DNA of 64,000 nucleotides. It comes from Trueperaceae bacterium (GTDB lineage Bacteria > Deinococcota > Deinococci > Deinococcales > Trueperaceae). Below are positions 27,209 to 37,853 of this stretch, one piece after another. Both the position numbers and the translations under genes were made by a program. The stretch spans positions 648,180 to 712,179 of the forward strand of contig JAXHNB010000006.1 of assembly GCA_034520945.1 (NCBI GenBank), read 5' to 3'. The notes below the pieces were generated by a model, which was given only the letters and a program-made list of their open reading frames with translations, had not been told where the DNA came from and ran no database searches. Position 1 is the first letter of the stretch, and each line of letters starts with the position of its first letter.

Positions 27209-27284
27209 AAGGGGGGTGATAGGTAGCGAGGGTAGGTCCACAGAAGCGACACCGCAATGACCTCGACGAAAGGTGGTCGATAAC

Positions 27285-28259
27285 ATGAAGAAGGGATTGA
27301 CGAGTCTTCTCCTGCTGGTGCTGGTGGCCGGCTTCACATCTTCGGCTTTGGCCCAGGAGTTTCCGGACAGCAGCATCACCGTCATCGCGCCGGCAGCCGC
27401 AGGTGGCGGCACTGACCTGACCGCTCGGAACCTTGGCCGTGAGGCCGAGCCGTTCCTGGGCGTTTCGGTCAGCGTACGCAACATGCCCGGTGGCGGAAAC
27501 GCGATCGGAATCACGGCTGGGAACCAGGCGGACCCTGACGGGTACACCCTCGTGCTCGGTCAGGTCGAGACGGTCCTTGCTGCCCATGACAGGGCGCGTT
27601 CCTTGGGAAGCGGAAGACTTCACGCCCATTATCGGGCGTGAACAAGGCTTCCTCGGCGCTGACCGTGCAGGGCGGATTCTCCCTGGGAGAGCTGCTGCAG
27701 GAGTTCCTGCAGTACGCCAAGTGAGAACCCCGGCGTCCAGGTGGGTGGCTCGGCCCCCGGCACGATCTGGCACCTTGCAGCCGTGGGACTGGACCAAGTC
27801 GCGGACGCCGGGCTTCAACGTCATTCCCGTACTCGGGTGGCGCTGCGCCGGCGATTCAGGACCTGCTCGGTGGTCAGCTCGAAGCCGTGACCGTCAGCGG
27901 CGGTGAGGTTTCCGATCAGGTCGAGGCGGGCAACCTCCGGATCCTCTGCATCATGAGCGACGGAGCGCGACACGACGCGGTTCCCCGACGTGCCGACGTG
28001 CGCGGAAGAAGGCTATGACGCCAACTACGCGACCTGGTGGGCACTTCTGGCACCGCCCGACACGCCCGAAGCGATTCAGATCCACCTTGCACGATGCGTT
28101 CAGGCAGGCTTGGGAAAGCGACAGCGTTCCAAGAGCTTCATGGCGAGCCAAGGGCTCGAGCCGAACTACGTCGGCCCGGACGAATGGCAGGAGTTCGTCC
28201 AGATGGAATCCGAGAAGTTCCGTCCGGTTCTCGAAGAACTGGATCTCGCGGCCGACTGA
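27285..28259 (+). pseudogene. tctC: TctC/Bug-family tripartite tricarboxylate transporter binding protein, several frame breaks
   Basis: The signal peptide and GGGTDLTARNLG are in frame 27273. DFTPIIG, IPYSGGAAPAIQDLLGGQ and the tail EEGYDANYATWWALLAPPDTP are in other frames. Confidence 0.75.
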
Positions 28260-28307
28260 GGCCAAGGAGCGCCAGGTTCCTCTCCCGCGCGGGGAGGGAA
28301 CCTAGGC

Positions 28308-28781
28308 ATGCCGCTTCGCGCAATCATGGTCGACATTGTCTCCGGCTTGTTGTTCGCGCTCTTCTCGGGCGCAGTCTTCGCGTTGTCGCTCGCGCTGCCC
28401 GAAGGGGCCTCGGGCATTGCTGGCCCAGGCTTTCTTCCGAGAGTGCTCGGGACGTTCGGCGTGGTCTTGGGGCTCATGTTGTGCGTGCGTGGCGCGTATG
28501 CGATCAGGGGCGGTTCGAGTTCCAAGGGACCGCGTACGAGGGGGTGGGAGTACTACCTTCGCTTGCTCGCGCTCGTGGTGGTGGCCAGTGCATATGTATT
28601 TACGCTCGAGCCTTACGGGTTTCTGTTGACTTCAGCCGGGTTCCTGTTCATGACGCTACTCATCCTCGGTGAACGCAGAATCGCCATGCTGGTCGTGATA
28701 CCCGTGGGGTTCACCGCAGGGGTGTATTTCCTGTTCAGCGAGCTTCTCGGGCTCCGCCTTCCCAGTGGGCCGCTGCTCTGA
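28308..28781 (+). CDS. tctB: TctB-family small membrane subunit
   Basis: 157 aa, 4 TM, positioned between tctC and tctA. Confidence 0.7.
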   Translation: MPLRAIMVDIVSGLLFALFSGAVFALSLALPEGASGIAGPGFLPRVLGTFGVVLGLMLCVRGAYAIRGGSSSKGPRTRGWEYYLRLLALVVVASAYVFTLEPYGFLLTSAGFLFMTLLILGERRIAMLVVIPVGFTAGVYFLFSELLGLRLPSGPLL

Positions 28782-28793
28782 AGGGCTGGTGAC

Positions 28794-30299
28794 ATGGATC
28801 TTCTGGCCAACCTGGGTGGAGGATTCGCTGCGATCCTGAACCTGCATACGATGCTTCTGATGCTCTTCGGCGTGACTGCGGGGCTCCTTGTGGGTGCGCT
28901 GCCCGGCCTGACGGTGACGATGTCCGTGGCGATCCTCGTGCCGCTCACCTTCGACTTCGAACCCATCAGGGCGTTGTCGATGCTTCTATCGGTGTATGTA
29001 GGTGCGGTCACCGGCGGCGCCGTCAGTGCCATTCTCGTCAACACGCCAGGTACACCGGCGTCGGTAGCGACGACCTTCGATGGCTATCCCATGGCCCAAC
29101 AAGGCAAGGCAGCACGAGCCCTGGGCGTCGCCCTCATGGTCAGCATCTTTGGTTCCTTGCTCAGCATCGTGGTACTCATTACTCTCTCTCCCACGATCGC
29201 AAGGGCCGCCCTGCGGTTCAGTGCTCCGGAGTACTTTGCGATCGCGTTCTTCGGGCTGACCATGGTCGTTGGCATTGCGGGCAGTGATTTGATCAAGGGC
29301 GTGATGTCGGCAATTTTGGGATTGTACGTGGGTTTTATCGGCCTCGACCCCATGATGGGAATGCCACGCTTCACGTTCGGAAACGTGAATCTGCTGGGTG
29401 GCTTCTCATTCGTTCCGGTCCTCATCGGGCTGTTCGCGATCTCTGAAGCCCTTTTGCAGTCGACGAAGTTGCACGAGAAGGCCGAACTCACCAAGGTAAG
29501 TGGACGGATCCTCCCGCCGTTGCGCGATTTCGTGCGTCATAGGTGGCTGATCCTGAAATCGGCCGCCATTGGCACCTCCGTTGGTGCACTGCCGGGCGCA
29601 GGAGCCGATATCGCGTCGTTGGTCTCGTACAACGAAGCGAAGCGAAGCAGCCGCCATCCGGAGCGCTTCGGGAAGGGCGCGGAGGAAGGCGTCGTCGCGT
29701 CCGAGACCGCCAACAACGCGATCGTTGGGGCTGCACTGATTCCTCTCCTCACGCTCGCGATTCCTGGCGATGCCGTCACCGCCGTGTTGTTGGGCGCCAT
29801 GCGGATGCACGAACTTCGTCCAGGACCGTTGCTGTTCCAGCACAACGAACAGGAGGTGTTCGCGATGTATGCGGCCCTCTTGATGTCCGTTCTTCTCTTG
29901 CGTGTCGTTGGCACGATCATTCTCCCGCTCTTCGCGCACGTGATGAACGTCCCACGGCGCTACCTGGTTAGCGGCATCCTCTTGTTCAGCTTCGTGGGTT
30001 CGTACGCGATCGGCACCAGCGTATTCGACATGGCGACCGCGTTGGGATTCGGCGTCCTCGGGTTCATCATGCTTCGCTTCGGGTTTCCCGTAGCACCGAT
30101 GGTGCTCGCCTTGATCCTCGGGCCGCTTGCTGAGGATCGTCTGCGACAGGCATTGGTCATGTCGCAGGGAGATTGGAGCATCTTTGTCACTCGGCCGATT
30201 TCGGCCATCGTTCTGGCCGTTGCGTTCGCGTCGCTGTTCTTCGCGTATCGCCAGCAGCGGCAGATCACGCGGCTCACCAACCCCTCCGACGAATCGTAG
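28794..30299 (+). CDS. tctA: TctA-family large permease subunit
   Basis: 501 aa; GALPGLTVTMSVAILVPLTF, GALPGAGADIASLVSYNEAKR. Intact. Confidence 0.9.
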   Translation: MDLLANLGGGFAAILNLHTMLLMLFGVTAGLLVGALPGLTVTMSVAILVPLTFDFEPIRALSMLLSVYVGAVTGGAVSAILVNTPGTPASVATTFDGYPMAQQGKAARALGVALMVSIFGSLLSIVVLITLSPTIARAALRFSAPEYFAIAFFGLTMVVGIAGSDLIKGVMSAILGLYVGFIGLDPMMGMPRFTFGNVNLLGGFSFVPVLIGLFAISEALLQSTKLHEKAELTKVSGRILPPLRDFVRHRWLILKSAAIGTSVGALPGAGADIASLVSYNEAKRSSRHPERFGKGAEEGVVASETANNAIVGAALIPLLTLAIPGDAVTAVLLGAMRMHELRPGPLLFQHNEQEVFAMYAALLMSVLLLRVVGTIILPLFAHVMNVPRRYLVSGILLFSFVGSYAIGTSVFDMATALGFGVLGFIMLRFGFPVAPMVLALILGPLAEDRLRQALVMSQGDWSIFVTRPISAIVLAVAFASLFFAYRQQRQITRLTNPSDES

Positions 30300-30317
30300 G
30301 AAGTGAGGAAAACGAGG

Positions 30318-31234
30318 ATGGCGACCGTACATTGGCAAGGTGTCTTCGCGGTTCTGGTGACTCCGTTCCACGAAGACCTGAGTATCGACTTCGACGGGTT
30401 GACCCAACAGGTGGACTTCTGTGTGGCATGCGGCGTTCAAGGGGATCGTCACGCCCGTGGTGGCGAGCGAATTCTTCAAGCTGTCCGACGCTGAACGCGT
30501 TCGGATCATCGACGTGGTGGCCACACGCCTCGACGGTGGCATCCCCCTGGTGGCCGGCGTGGCAGGCACCAGCGCTCCGCACGCCTCTGCGCTCGCGAAG
30601 GAGGCCGAGGGACGTAGGGGCGGACGCGCTCATCGCGATGCCCCCGTATGTGGGCGGCACGAACAGGGCGCAGATCTTCGACTATTACGAAGCGATCGCC
30701 CGTGCCGCGCGCCTGCCGCTCATGATTCAGAACGCTGGGCCACCCGTTGGTACGCCGCTCGCCGTCGAAGACCTGATCGAACTGGTCGAGCGCGTGCCCG
30801 AAATCGTGGCGATCGAACAGGAAACCTCGCCGAACCCGCAGACGGTCGGCAGAATCGTGGAAGCGGGAGACGGCCGGCTCGAAGGGGTGTTCGGTGGGCT
30901 CGGTGGCATCTATCTGTTCAACGAGTTGCGTCGCGGAGCCACTGGAACCATGCCCGCCTGCCAGTTCGCCGATGTCGCCGTCCAGGTCTTCGATCTGTAC
31001 CACGAGGGCGACGAGGATCGTGCTCGGGAGGTGTACGCCGACCTACAGCCTGCCCTCGTGATGGAGCGCTTGTACGAAATGACGTTCATGAAGGAGTGCC
31101 TGAAGCGCCGGGGCGTCATCGACACGGCCGTGACGCGGGTGCCGGAAACTCCGATGGACGCGGCAGATCACGCCGAGCTGGATCGGATATGGAACGCGCT
31201 GGGAACCCACTTCACGTGGCACGCGGGCAAGTGA
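30318..31234 (+). pseudogene. DapA/dihydrodipicolinate-synthase-family aldolase, two frame breaks
   Basis: GVFAVLVTPFHEDLSIDFDGL (frame 1), GIVTPVVASEFFKLSDAERVRIIDVV (frame 2), ADALIAMPPYV...LPLMIQN to the end (frame 3). Confidence 0.7.
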
Positions 31235-31238
31235 AGGT

Positions 31239-32255
31239 ATGGACCGCATGAGAGGCACCGCAATGGAGCATTTCATCGTCGTGGACTCCGGGACCAGCAC
31301 CACCCGTGCCCGTCTCTACACCGGGGGGCGGGTCACGAGAACCGAGACCGAACCCGTTGGGGCCCGCAATACCGCAACGGAGGGCAGCAATGCCGCACTC
31401 AAGGCAGGGCTGGCCACGCTACTCTCGCGACTGCAGGCGTCGGAAGAGGCACGCGGGACGGACGTGGAGGCGGTCATATGCTCAGGAATGATCACCTCGA
31501 ACATGGGGCTGCTGGAGGTTCCCCACCTGACGGCGCCCGCGAGCGTGGACGCGCTCGCGGAGGGTGTCGTTCGGCAGGATTTCCCGGACGTGACGCCACT
31601 CCCCGTTCACTTCGTACGTGGCGTGAAGACGGTGGCGGATCGTCTCGACGCGTGCGACGTGTTGCGGGGTGAGGAAGTCGAATGCCTTGGCCTACGTGAA
31701 CTCTTGGCGTTGTCGGGTCCGGCGGTGTTCATGCACCACGGTTCGCACTCGAAGTCGATCCAGACCGATGCCGAGGGCACGATCCTGCAGTCGCGCACGG
31801 CCATCACAGGAGAGCTCCTGGCCGCCATCGTTCAACACACGATCTTGGCGAACAGCGTCGTAGGGTTCGAAGCGCTCGAGCTCGATCAAGCACAATGGCG
31901 GGAAGGCCTAGAGACAGCTCGCGAGAGTGGCGTGGGGCGCGCGCTTTTCCTCGTGAGGGTCGGCGAGCAGATTGCGGGCCGGACGAAGATGGCCATGACG
32001 AGCTTTCTCCTCGGGGTGCTCGCGAGCATGGATCTTCCGCTCCTCGACGAGGGTTTGCAAACGGATGCGACCCTCGTGCTCTACGGACGTGGCGTTCAGA
32101 AGGTCGCGCTTGGAAGGTACTTGGAAGAGCAAGCACCCGGCCGTGTCATCGTGACGGACGACGAGCGCGCCGAGTTGTCCGCTGTCGTGGGTGCCGTGAG
32201 AATCTACGAGCGGCACCTGGAACTCACGGCAGGGAGAAACGGAGGGACGTCTTGA
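31239..32255 (+). CDS. dgoK: 2-dehydro-3-deoxygalactonokinase
   Basis: FIVVDSGTSTTRARLY..., VLRGEEVECLG, HHGSHSKSI. The start may instead be the ATG at 31263. Confidence 0.75.
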   Translation: MDRMRGTAMEHFIVVDSGTSTTRARLYTGGRVTRTETEPVGARNTATEGSNAALKAGLATLLSRLQASEEARGTDVEAVICSGMITSNMGLLEVPHLTAPASVDALAEGVVRQDFPDVTPLPVHFVRGVKTVADRLDACDVLRGEEVECLGLRELLALSGPAVFMHHGSHSKSIQTDAEGTILQSRTAITGELLAAIVQHTILANSVVGFEALELDQAQWREGLETARESGVGRALFLVRVGEQIAGRTKMAMTSFLLGVLASMDLPLLDEGLQTDATLVLYGRGVQKVALGRYLEEQAPGRVIVTDDERAELSAVVGAVRIYERHLELTAGRNGGTS

Positions 32256-32923
32256 GTGGACTCCAGTCTCCAGCGGCTGATTCGCGGGTTTCGGAGCGGA
32301 TTCGTGAGGAGCGGATCATTGCGATTCTCCGGGGGGTGCCCATCGAACACTTGGCGACCCTGGGCCAAGCGCTGTGGCGCGGTGGGTTTCGCGTGGCCGA
32401 AATTACCTTCACGGACGACGACGCCGAAGACAAGATCGCGTTGCTCGGTAAGAGCCTCGGCAACGACGCGCTGGTCGGGGCTGGAACCGTCACGAACGCC
32501 GAGACGGCCCGGCGCGCCGTCGAAGCTGGCGCTCGCTTCCTCGTCACGCCGCACGTGGTGGACGAAGTGAGCGCCTTCGGCCGCGACAACGGCGTCCACG
32601 TGATCAGTGGCGCACTCACGCCTGGCGAGATTGCGCTGGCACGGTCGCAAGGGAACGCCCTCGTCAAGGTGTTTCCCGCCAAGATGGTCGGGCCGGATTA
32701 CATCAGGGCGCTGCGTGGACCGTATCCGGATGCTGAGTTGGTTGCAGTGGGCGGCATCGAGGAAGGCGATGTCCGACCGTTCTTGCACGCCGGGGCGGTC
32801 GCGGTCGGAATCGGCGGGACGCTCACGAGGCTGGATTGGGATGCGCCCGATTTCGATCACGTTCATGCGCTGGCAACGCGATTGGTTTCCCTCGTGGCTG
32901 CCAGCAGGGTGGAGTCAACATGA
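32252..32923 (+). CDS. dgoA: KDPGal/KDPG aldolase
   Basis: RIIAILRGVP...VAEITF...VGAGTVTN...ARFLVTPH...VKVFPA. TTG start overlaps the dgoK stop. Confidence 0.75.
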   Translation: MSGLQSPAADSRVSERIREERIIAILRGVPIEHLATLGQALWRGGFRVAEITFTDDDAEDKIALLGKSLGNDALVGAGTVTNAETARRAVEAGARFLVTPHVVDEVSAFGRDNGVHVISGALTPGEIALARSQGNALVKVFPAKMVGPDYIRALRGPYPDAELVAVGGIEEGDVRPFLHAGAVAVGIGGTLTRLDWDAPDFDHVHALATRLVSLVAASRVEST

Positions 32924-34068
32924 AAATCGTCGAGCTGGAACTGTTCAAGGTGCCACCGCGTTGGCTGTTCGTGAAGCTCACGACCGATGAGGGCGTGACA
33001 GGCTGGGGCGAGCCAGTGGTCGAAGGGCGGGCCGATACGGTACGCACCGCCGTTCTGGAACTCGAAGAGATGTTGATCGGAAGCGATCCGTTTCGGATCG
33101 AGGACTTCTTCCAGATGGCGTACCGCGGCGGCTTCTACCGCGGCGGCCCGGTCCTCACGAGCGCGATCTCGGGTATAGAGCAGGCCCTGTGGGACATCAA
33201 GGGCAAGGCGCTCGGCGTTCCCGTGTACGAGTTGCTAGGCGGGGCCGCTCGTGACCGTATCCAGGTGTACACGTGGATCGGCGGAGACCGTCCCCAGGAC
33301 ATCCGGGCGGCCGCGCGGGCGCAAATGGACCTCGGCCTCACCGCCGTCAAGATGAACGCTACGGAGGAAATGCACTACATCGACACGTACGACAAGGTAG
33401 ACGCCGTACTGGAACGCGTCGCCACCGTACGAGAGGCGGGAGACCCTGCACCGAGCGTCGGGCTCGACTTTCACGGGCGCGTGCACCGTGCAATGGCCAA
33501 GATCCTCGCCAAGGAACTCGAGCCGCTGCGTCCGATGTTCATCGAAGAACCCGTGTTGCCAGGACACACGGAGGCGCTTCGCGAAGTCGCGGCTCGCACT
33601 ACGATCCCAATCGCCTTGGGGGAACGACTCTTCACGCGATGGGATTTCAAGGATGTCTTGCTCGGCGGCGCCGTAGACCTGCTACAACCCGATCTGTCTC
33701 ATGCAGGCGGAATTCTCGAGGTCCGAAAGATCGCGGCGATGGCCGAAGCTTTCGATGTGGCCGTGGCGCCGCACTGTCCATTGGGGCCGATCGCCCTTGC
33801 AGCCTCACTGCAGTTGGATGCCTGTACCCCCAACGCGCTCATTCAAGAATCCAGCCTCGGCATCCACTACAACCTAGGGGCCGATATCCAGGACTACCTG
33901 ACAGACGCAAGCGTGTTCCAAATCGAGGACGGGCATCTGAACATTCCTCAAAGGCCTGGGCTCGGCATCGATATCGACGAAGACGTCGTACGCGAGAAGG
34001 CCAAGGAGGGGCACGCTTGGAAGAATCCCCTCTGGCGACACGGCGACGGTTCGGTGGCGGAGTGGTAG
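32920..34068 (+). CDS. dgoD: D-galactonate dehydratase
   Basis: MKIVELELFKVPPRWLFVKLTTDEGVTGWGEPVVEGRA...ALWDIKGKALGVPVYELLGG. ATGA overlap with dgoA. Confidence 0.9.
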   Translation: MKIVELELFKVPPRWLFVKLTTDEGVTGWGEPVVEGRADTVRTAVLELEEMLIGSDPFRIEDFFQMAYRGGFYRGGPVLTSAISGIEQALWDIKGKALGVPVYELLGGAARDRIQVYTWIGGDRPQDIRAAARAQMDLGLTAVKMNATEEMHYIDTYDKVDAVLERVATVREAGDPAPSVGLDFHGRVHRAMAKILAKELEPLRPMFIEEPVLPGHTEALREVAARTTIPIALGERLFTRWDFKDVLLGGAVDLLQPDLSHAGGILEVRKIAAMAEAFDVAVAPHCPLGPIALAASLQLDACTPNALIQESSLGIHYNLGADIQDYLTDASVFQIEDGHLNIPQRPGLGIDIDEDVVREKAKEGHAWKNPLWRHGDGSVAEW

Positions 34069-34159
34069 ATCGACCCACCGTCCTTGGTGCGAGGTCAACG
34101 AGAATATGTCGTCGCGGAGACGGTTGCTCGAACGGTCAGCCCTTCGTCGGGGATCTTGC

Positions 34160-35112
34160 TCAGTAGCCGCGATCCCGCTCGATCACGTTCTCGAGGGGCT
34201 CGCCGGCCTGCAATCGCGCCAGGTTGTAGAGAACGAGATCCTGTGCACCAAGAGGGCGGCCTCCCGAGGCATGCGGCGTGATGATGACGTTCTCCAGCTG
34301 CCACAATGGCGACGTCGGGGGCAGAGGTTCCTCCTCGAACACGTCGAGCGCGGCACCCGCGAGGTCGCCATCGCCGAGTGCCGAAACGAGCGCATCCCCG
34401 TCGAGGGTAGAGCCACGTCCGACGTTCACGAGCCACGCATGCTTGGGCAAGCAGGCAAGTTGGCGGGCGCCCACGAGCCGATAGTTGTGGGGCGTATTCG
34501 GGAGGATCATCAAGAGAAGATCGGTCCTCTCTAGAAGGGACGCGGCTGCGTCGCCAGCCGACACGGGTACGCCGGCCCGCGTACCTCCGTACGTAGCTAT
34601 CCCCTCTACGTGCGCACCCAACGCCTGCAAGATCGGGGTGAGTGTCTTCGCGATACTGCCGAAACCCCAGATCGTGACCCGTGCGTCCAGTAGACTTCGG
34701 AACGTTCGGCCCGGGGCGTGCTCCTGTATCCACCAAGGTCGAAGCGCCATTCATGCCGGCCCTGCGCATCGCGCAGGACGTGAAGGCGACGCGCACTCGC
34801 CAAGATCAGGGCAAGGGCGTGCTCCGCTGCCGGCCGGTCGTGCAAGCCCCGCCCCGAGGCAAGGATCACGTCGTCTGGAAATGATGCGGACAGGACCTCG
34901 TCGGCGCCGGCGGCCAAGCCCTGCACCCATTGCAGGTTCGGCAACACTTCGGCGACGTGCGAGCGTTGCCATGGTGGATTGGCCCACAGCACGATCGCTT
35001 CCGCGCCTCGAAGGTGCGCAGGGATCTCTTGCTTCGGGTCGTAGATCTCGACGTCTACACCGTCGAAACGGTCGAGATCCCATGAAAGCGAGGATGGCAG
35101 GAGGATTCTCAC
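34160..35112 (-). pseudogene. D-isomer-specific 2-hydroxyacid dehydrogenase, one frame break near 34740
   Basis: The N-terminal half is in frame 35193. The NAD-binding and catalytic half (VTIWGFGSIAKT..., WLVNVGRGSTLDGDALVSAL, ALDVFEEEPLP, ITPHASG) is in frame 34750. Confidence 0.65.
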
Positions 35113-35377
35113 GTTGGCATTCTTGCATGGGCGTTCGATGTCGGACCGGCGGACCCTGCCCCCCGGGCGGAGGTGAGTCGTGTCATTTCTCATGAGCTCG
35201 ACTCAGCCGTTCTCGCGAGCATGACACACGCCTGTGATGGCGGGGTTTTCTCGTTTGGTCGACCCAGGAGCGATGTCGCCTCATTGCGAGCGACGTCCGT
35301 GTCACGCACCGATGGCGTCGGTCGCCAGGAACTCGACGAGCGACGGATTTCTGTTCTGCTTGCGCCTCTCGGGCCGG

Positions 35378-35566
35378 TCAGTTCCGTCTGCCTTGCAATG
35401 TCTTCGCGATCCGCTCCATTCTCAGCAGGAGGCGGGTGGACGGCGCGACCTTGCCCGTGAGGTAGGTCGACGACCACGGTGCAAAGGTGGCGATCACGCC
35501 CTCGGTAGGCCAGCTGCCCACGGAATCCACGGGTTTCGCGTCGATGTTGCGGAATCGAAGGCTCAC
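35378..35566 (-). pseudogene. internally deleted copy of the HTH gene at 56362
   Basis: VSLRFRNIDAKPVDSVGSWPTEGVIATF // STYLTGKVAPSTRLLLRMERIA aligns with both ends of the 56362 protein. The middle is missing. Confidence 0.5.
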
Positions 35567-35700
35567 GGCTTCTCGCGCTCCTGCTCGAGCACGTGCTGGG
35601 CGATGGCCAGGCATTGGTCGGCCACCATGCGCCAAGCGTGCCAGCGGGGGTGGAGGCGCTTGTAGCGCGGCAGCTCCCGGGCGGTATCGGTATCGTCCGG
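35563..35700 (-). pseudogene. C-terminal remnant of a paralogue of the NTase-like gene at 56835
   Basis: My translation ...ELPRYKRLHPRWHAWRMVADQCLAIAQHVLEQEREKP* compares with ...ELERYKHLVPRWQTWSNVVAQCQQLAQTMLLAEDDTL*. GTGA overlap with the HTH remnant. Confidence 0.4.
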
Positions 35701-35987
35701 CTTTGGCTCCGCCGCCGGAGGCGAGGCTCGAGCTGGAAGTGGCGCGGAAGAAGGGGTCGGTGTTCGAGCCTGCGCACCCGCTGTGCGCGCCGACCGGTAC
35801 GTCCGGTTTCACGAGGGGCTCGAAGTGCTACTGGATGCGCCCGTAGAGTTCGTGTGGGGCGTCGTCGAATCTCACCTCAGCAACCTGCGACGAGAGGTGC
35901 GGACCCTTCTCGCGGAGGACCCTGAATAGCCCCAGTACGCACGGAACCCTTGCAGCGACTCGCTTCGAGGCGGCCGCTCGCGGGTCG

Positions 35988-36528
35988 TCAGCCCTGAAGC
36001 TCGACCGCCAATGCCAGCAGGCCACGCACGGTGCGCCAGTTGCGGGCCGTGACCTCGACGCCCAGCACACTCGGCACCCGCTGGGGGAGCTTGGATCGCC
36101 CCAGGCCGTTGGGCGCATGCACGTACGGGACGTTGCCGCGCAGCGCACACGGTTCGCCGTTGCTGCAGACCTCTTCCAGTGCGGCGAGGTTCGGTGCCTG
36201 CGGCAGGCTGGCGGGGAAGAACGCGTGCAGCGTCGTGGGCTTTCCCTCCGCCTCCGGGAAGGGGTTCGCGTCCGCGACGCGGTGCAGTTCGTCCGCCGAG
36301 AGAAGCGCCACGGCGGGTCGAAACGCCATGGTCGGCGGCGACCTTGTCCGCGAGGGTCTCCGCGAGACGGCTCGTAGCGTGCGGGGGCGCAGCGAATACG
36401 GCGTTGCCGCTCTGAAGGTAGGTTCGCACGCGCGTCGCGCCGAGGTCGCGAAGGGCGTGCGCGAATGCCGTCATAGGCAGGCGGTTGCGGCCGCCGACGT
36501 TGACTCCGCGAAGGAGCGCCACATGCAT
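35988..36528 (-). pseudogene. DUF1697-family protein, one frame break near 36330
   Basis: MHVALLRGVNVGGRNRLPMTAF...YLQSGNAVF is in frame 36528. The remainder (...TARNWRTVRGLL) is in frame 36329. Confidence 0.6.
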
Positions 36529-36629
36529 TCGGGGAGGTTAGCACCCGGGGAACCGAGCAGGGATCGCGGTTGCGCGCAAAGCCCACACGCGTCGTTGGCA
36601 ATCCTTGCCAACAGCGCTATGATGCGGGT

Positions 36630-36863
36630 ATGGGAACCATGAACGTGTCCCTCCCCGAAACCCTGCGCGCGTACGTGGAAAAGCGGGTGCAGGACGAGGG
36701 CTACGCAAGCAGTAGCGAGTACGTGCGCGAGTTGATTCGCAGGGACCGCAGTCGCGAGCGGCTGCGCGCCATGATCATCGACGGCATCGAATCGGGCCCC
36801 GCACGGTCGCTGGACGACGCCTACTTCGACGATCTCGTGGCGTCGTTGGATGAATCGACCTGA
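36630..36863 (+). CDS. parD: ParD-type (RHH) antitoxin
   Basis: MGTMNVSLPETLRAYVEKRVQDEGYASSSEYVRELIRRD. Confidence 0.75.
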   Translation: MGTMNVSLPETLRAYVEKRVQDEGYASSSEYVRELIRRDRSRERLRAMIIDGIESGPARSLDDAYFDDLVASLDEST

Positions 36864-37180
36864 GGCGGAGATCCTGTGGCGTCCGCGAGCCATCGCGGAC
36901 GTGGAGCAGGCTGCGTGGAGCTATCGCGATATCAGGCGGAAGCGGTGTGGCGACGCGCTTCGTAGCCGAAGCTTCAGCGCGCCACCACAGCCATCCGGCA
37001 GGAGCCTTTTGCCGGGTCCCCGCGTCATGGGATCGAACTCGGGATGCCTGGCCTCAGGAGCTGGGTCCTAGACGAGTTCCCGCATCTCGTCTTCTACTTC
37101 TACCTGTCGGACCAGTCGACCGTGGAAATCGTCCGCGTGCTTCATGCTCGGCGTGACGTCCAGTCGCTCCTGGCGGAGTA
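36850..37180 (+). pseudogene. parE: ParE-type toxin, at least two frame breaks
   Basis: ILWRPRAIADVEQAAWSY (frame 1), ATRFVAEA..HPAGA (frame 2), FPHLVFYFYLSDQSTVEIVRVLHARRD (frame 3). Confidence 0.55.
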
Positions 37181-37336
37181 ACGTTCGGTGCGTCATGACG
37201 AGGCCAGCCTGACCTCGGGGATCTTCATGGGCACATGCGCTTGGAGGGTCCCAGACTTGCGCGTGACGTTGGCGATGGCGCCGTAGTATGTCCCCGCCAC
37301 GCGATGGACTACGAGCCGCACCATGAAGGGACGACC

Positions 37337-37747
37337 ATGGCTACGAGGACCCGACCCACGACGCCACCGACGAGATCGAGGCGCGAATCCAGGAACTCTC
37401 GGACTGGCGCGGAGCGCGACTCGCGAATCCGCCGCCTCGTGAAGCAGGCTGCCCAAGGCGTGGTGGAGGAGGTGAAGTGGCGCAAGCCGTCGGACGGCAT
37501 GCGCGGCGTTCCGGTGTGGTCCAAGGACGGGATGATCTGCAGTTTCGAGACCTACGAGGACAAGGTCAAGCTCATCTTCGCCAAGGGCGCCGCCCTCGAC
37601 GATCCTGCGGGGCTCTTCAACGCCGGCTTCGGCGGCCACACGCGGCGCGCCATCGACCTGCGTGAGGGCGACGACATCGACGAGGCGGTCTTCATGTCCC
37701 TCATGCGCCGGGCGGTGGCCCAGAACGAGCCGGCCAAAAAGGGCTGA
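37337..37747 (+). pseudogene. DUF1801 (YdhG-like) protein, frame break near 37425
   Basis: The core VVEEVKWRKPS...VKLIFAKGAALDDP is in the track frame. The expected leader DEIEARIQELSDWRGARLA reads in another frame. Confidence 0.55.
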
Positions 37748-37853
37748 GCCTAATCTTCCACGCGATGCAGTAGCGAGTTCCGAGCGATTCGTCGGCGCAT
37801 GCCTCGTCCTGAGGCCTGGCCCTACGGCCGACGTGTGGCGCGAGGGTTCGCTC

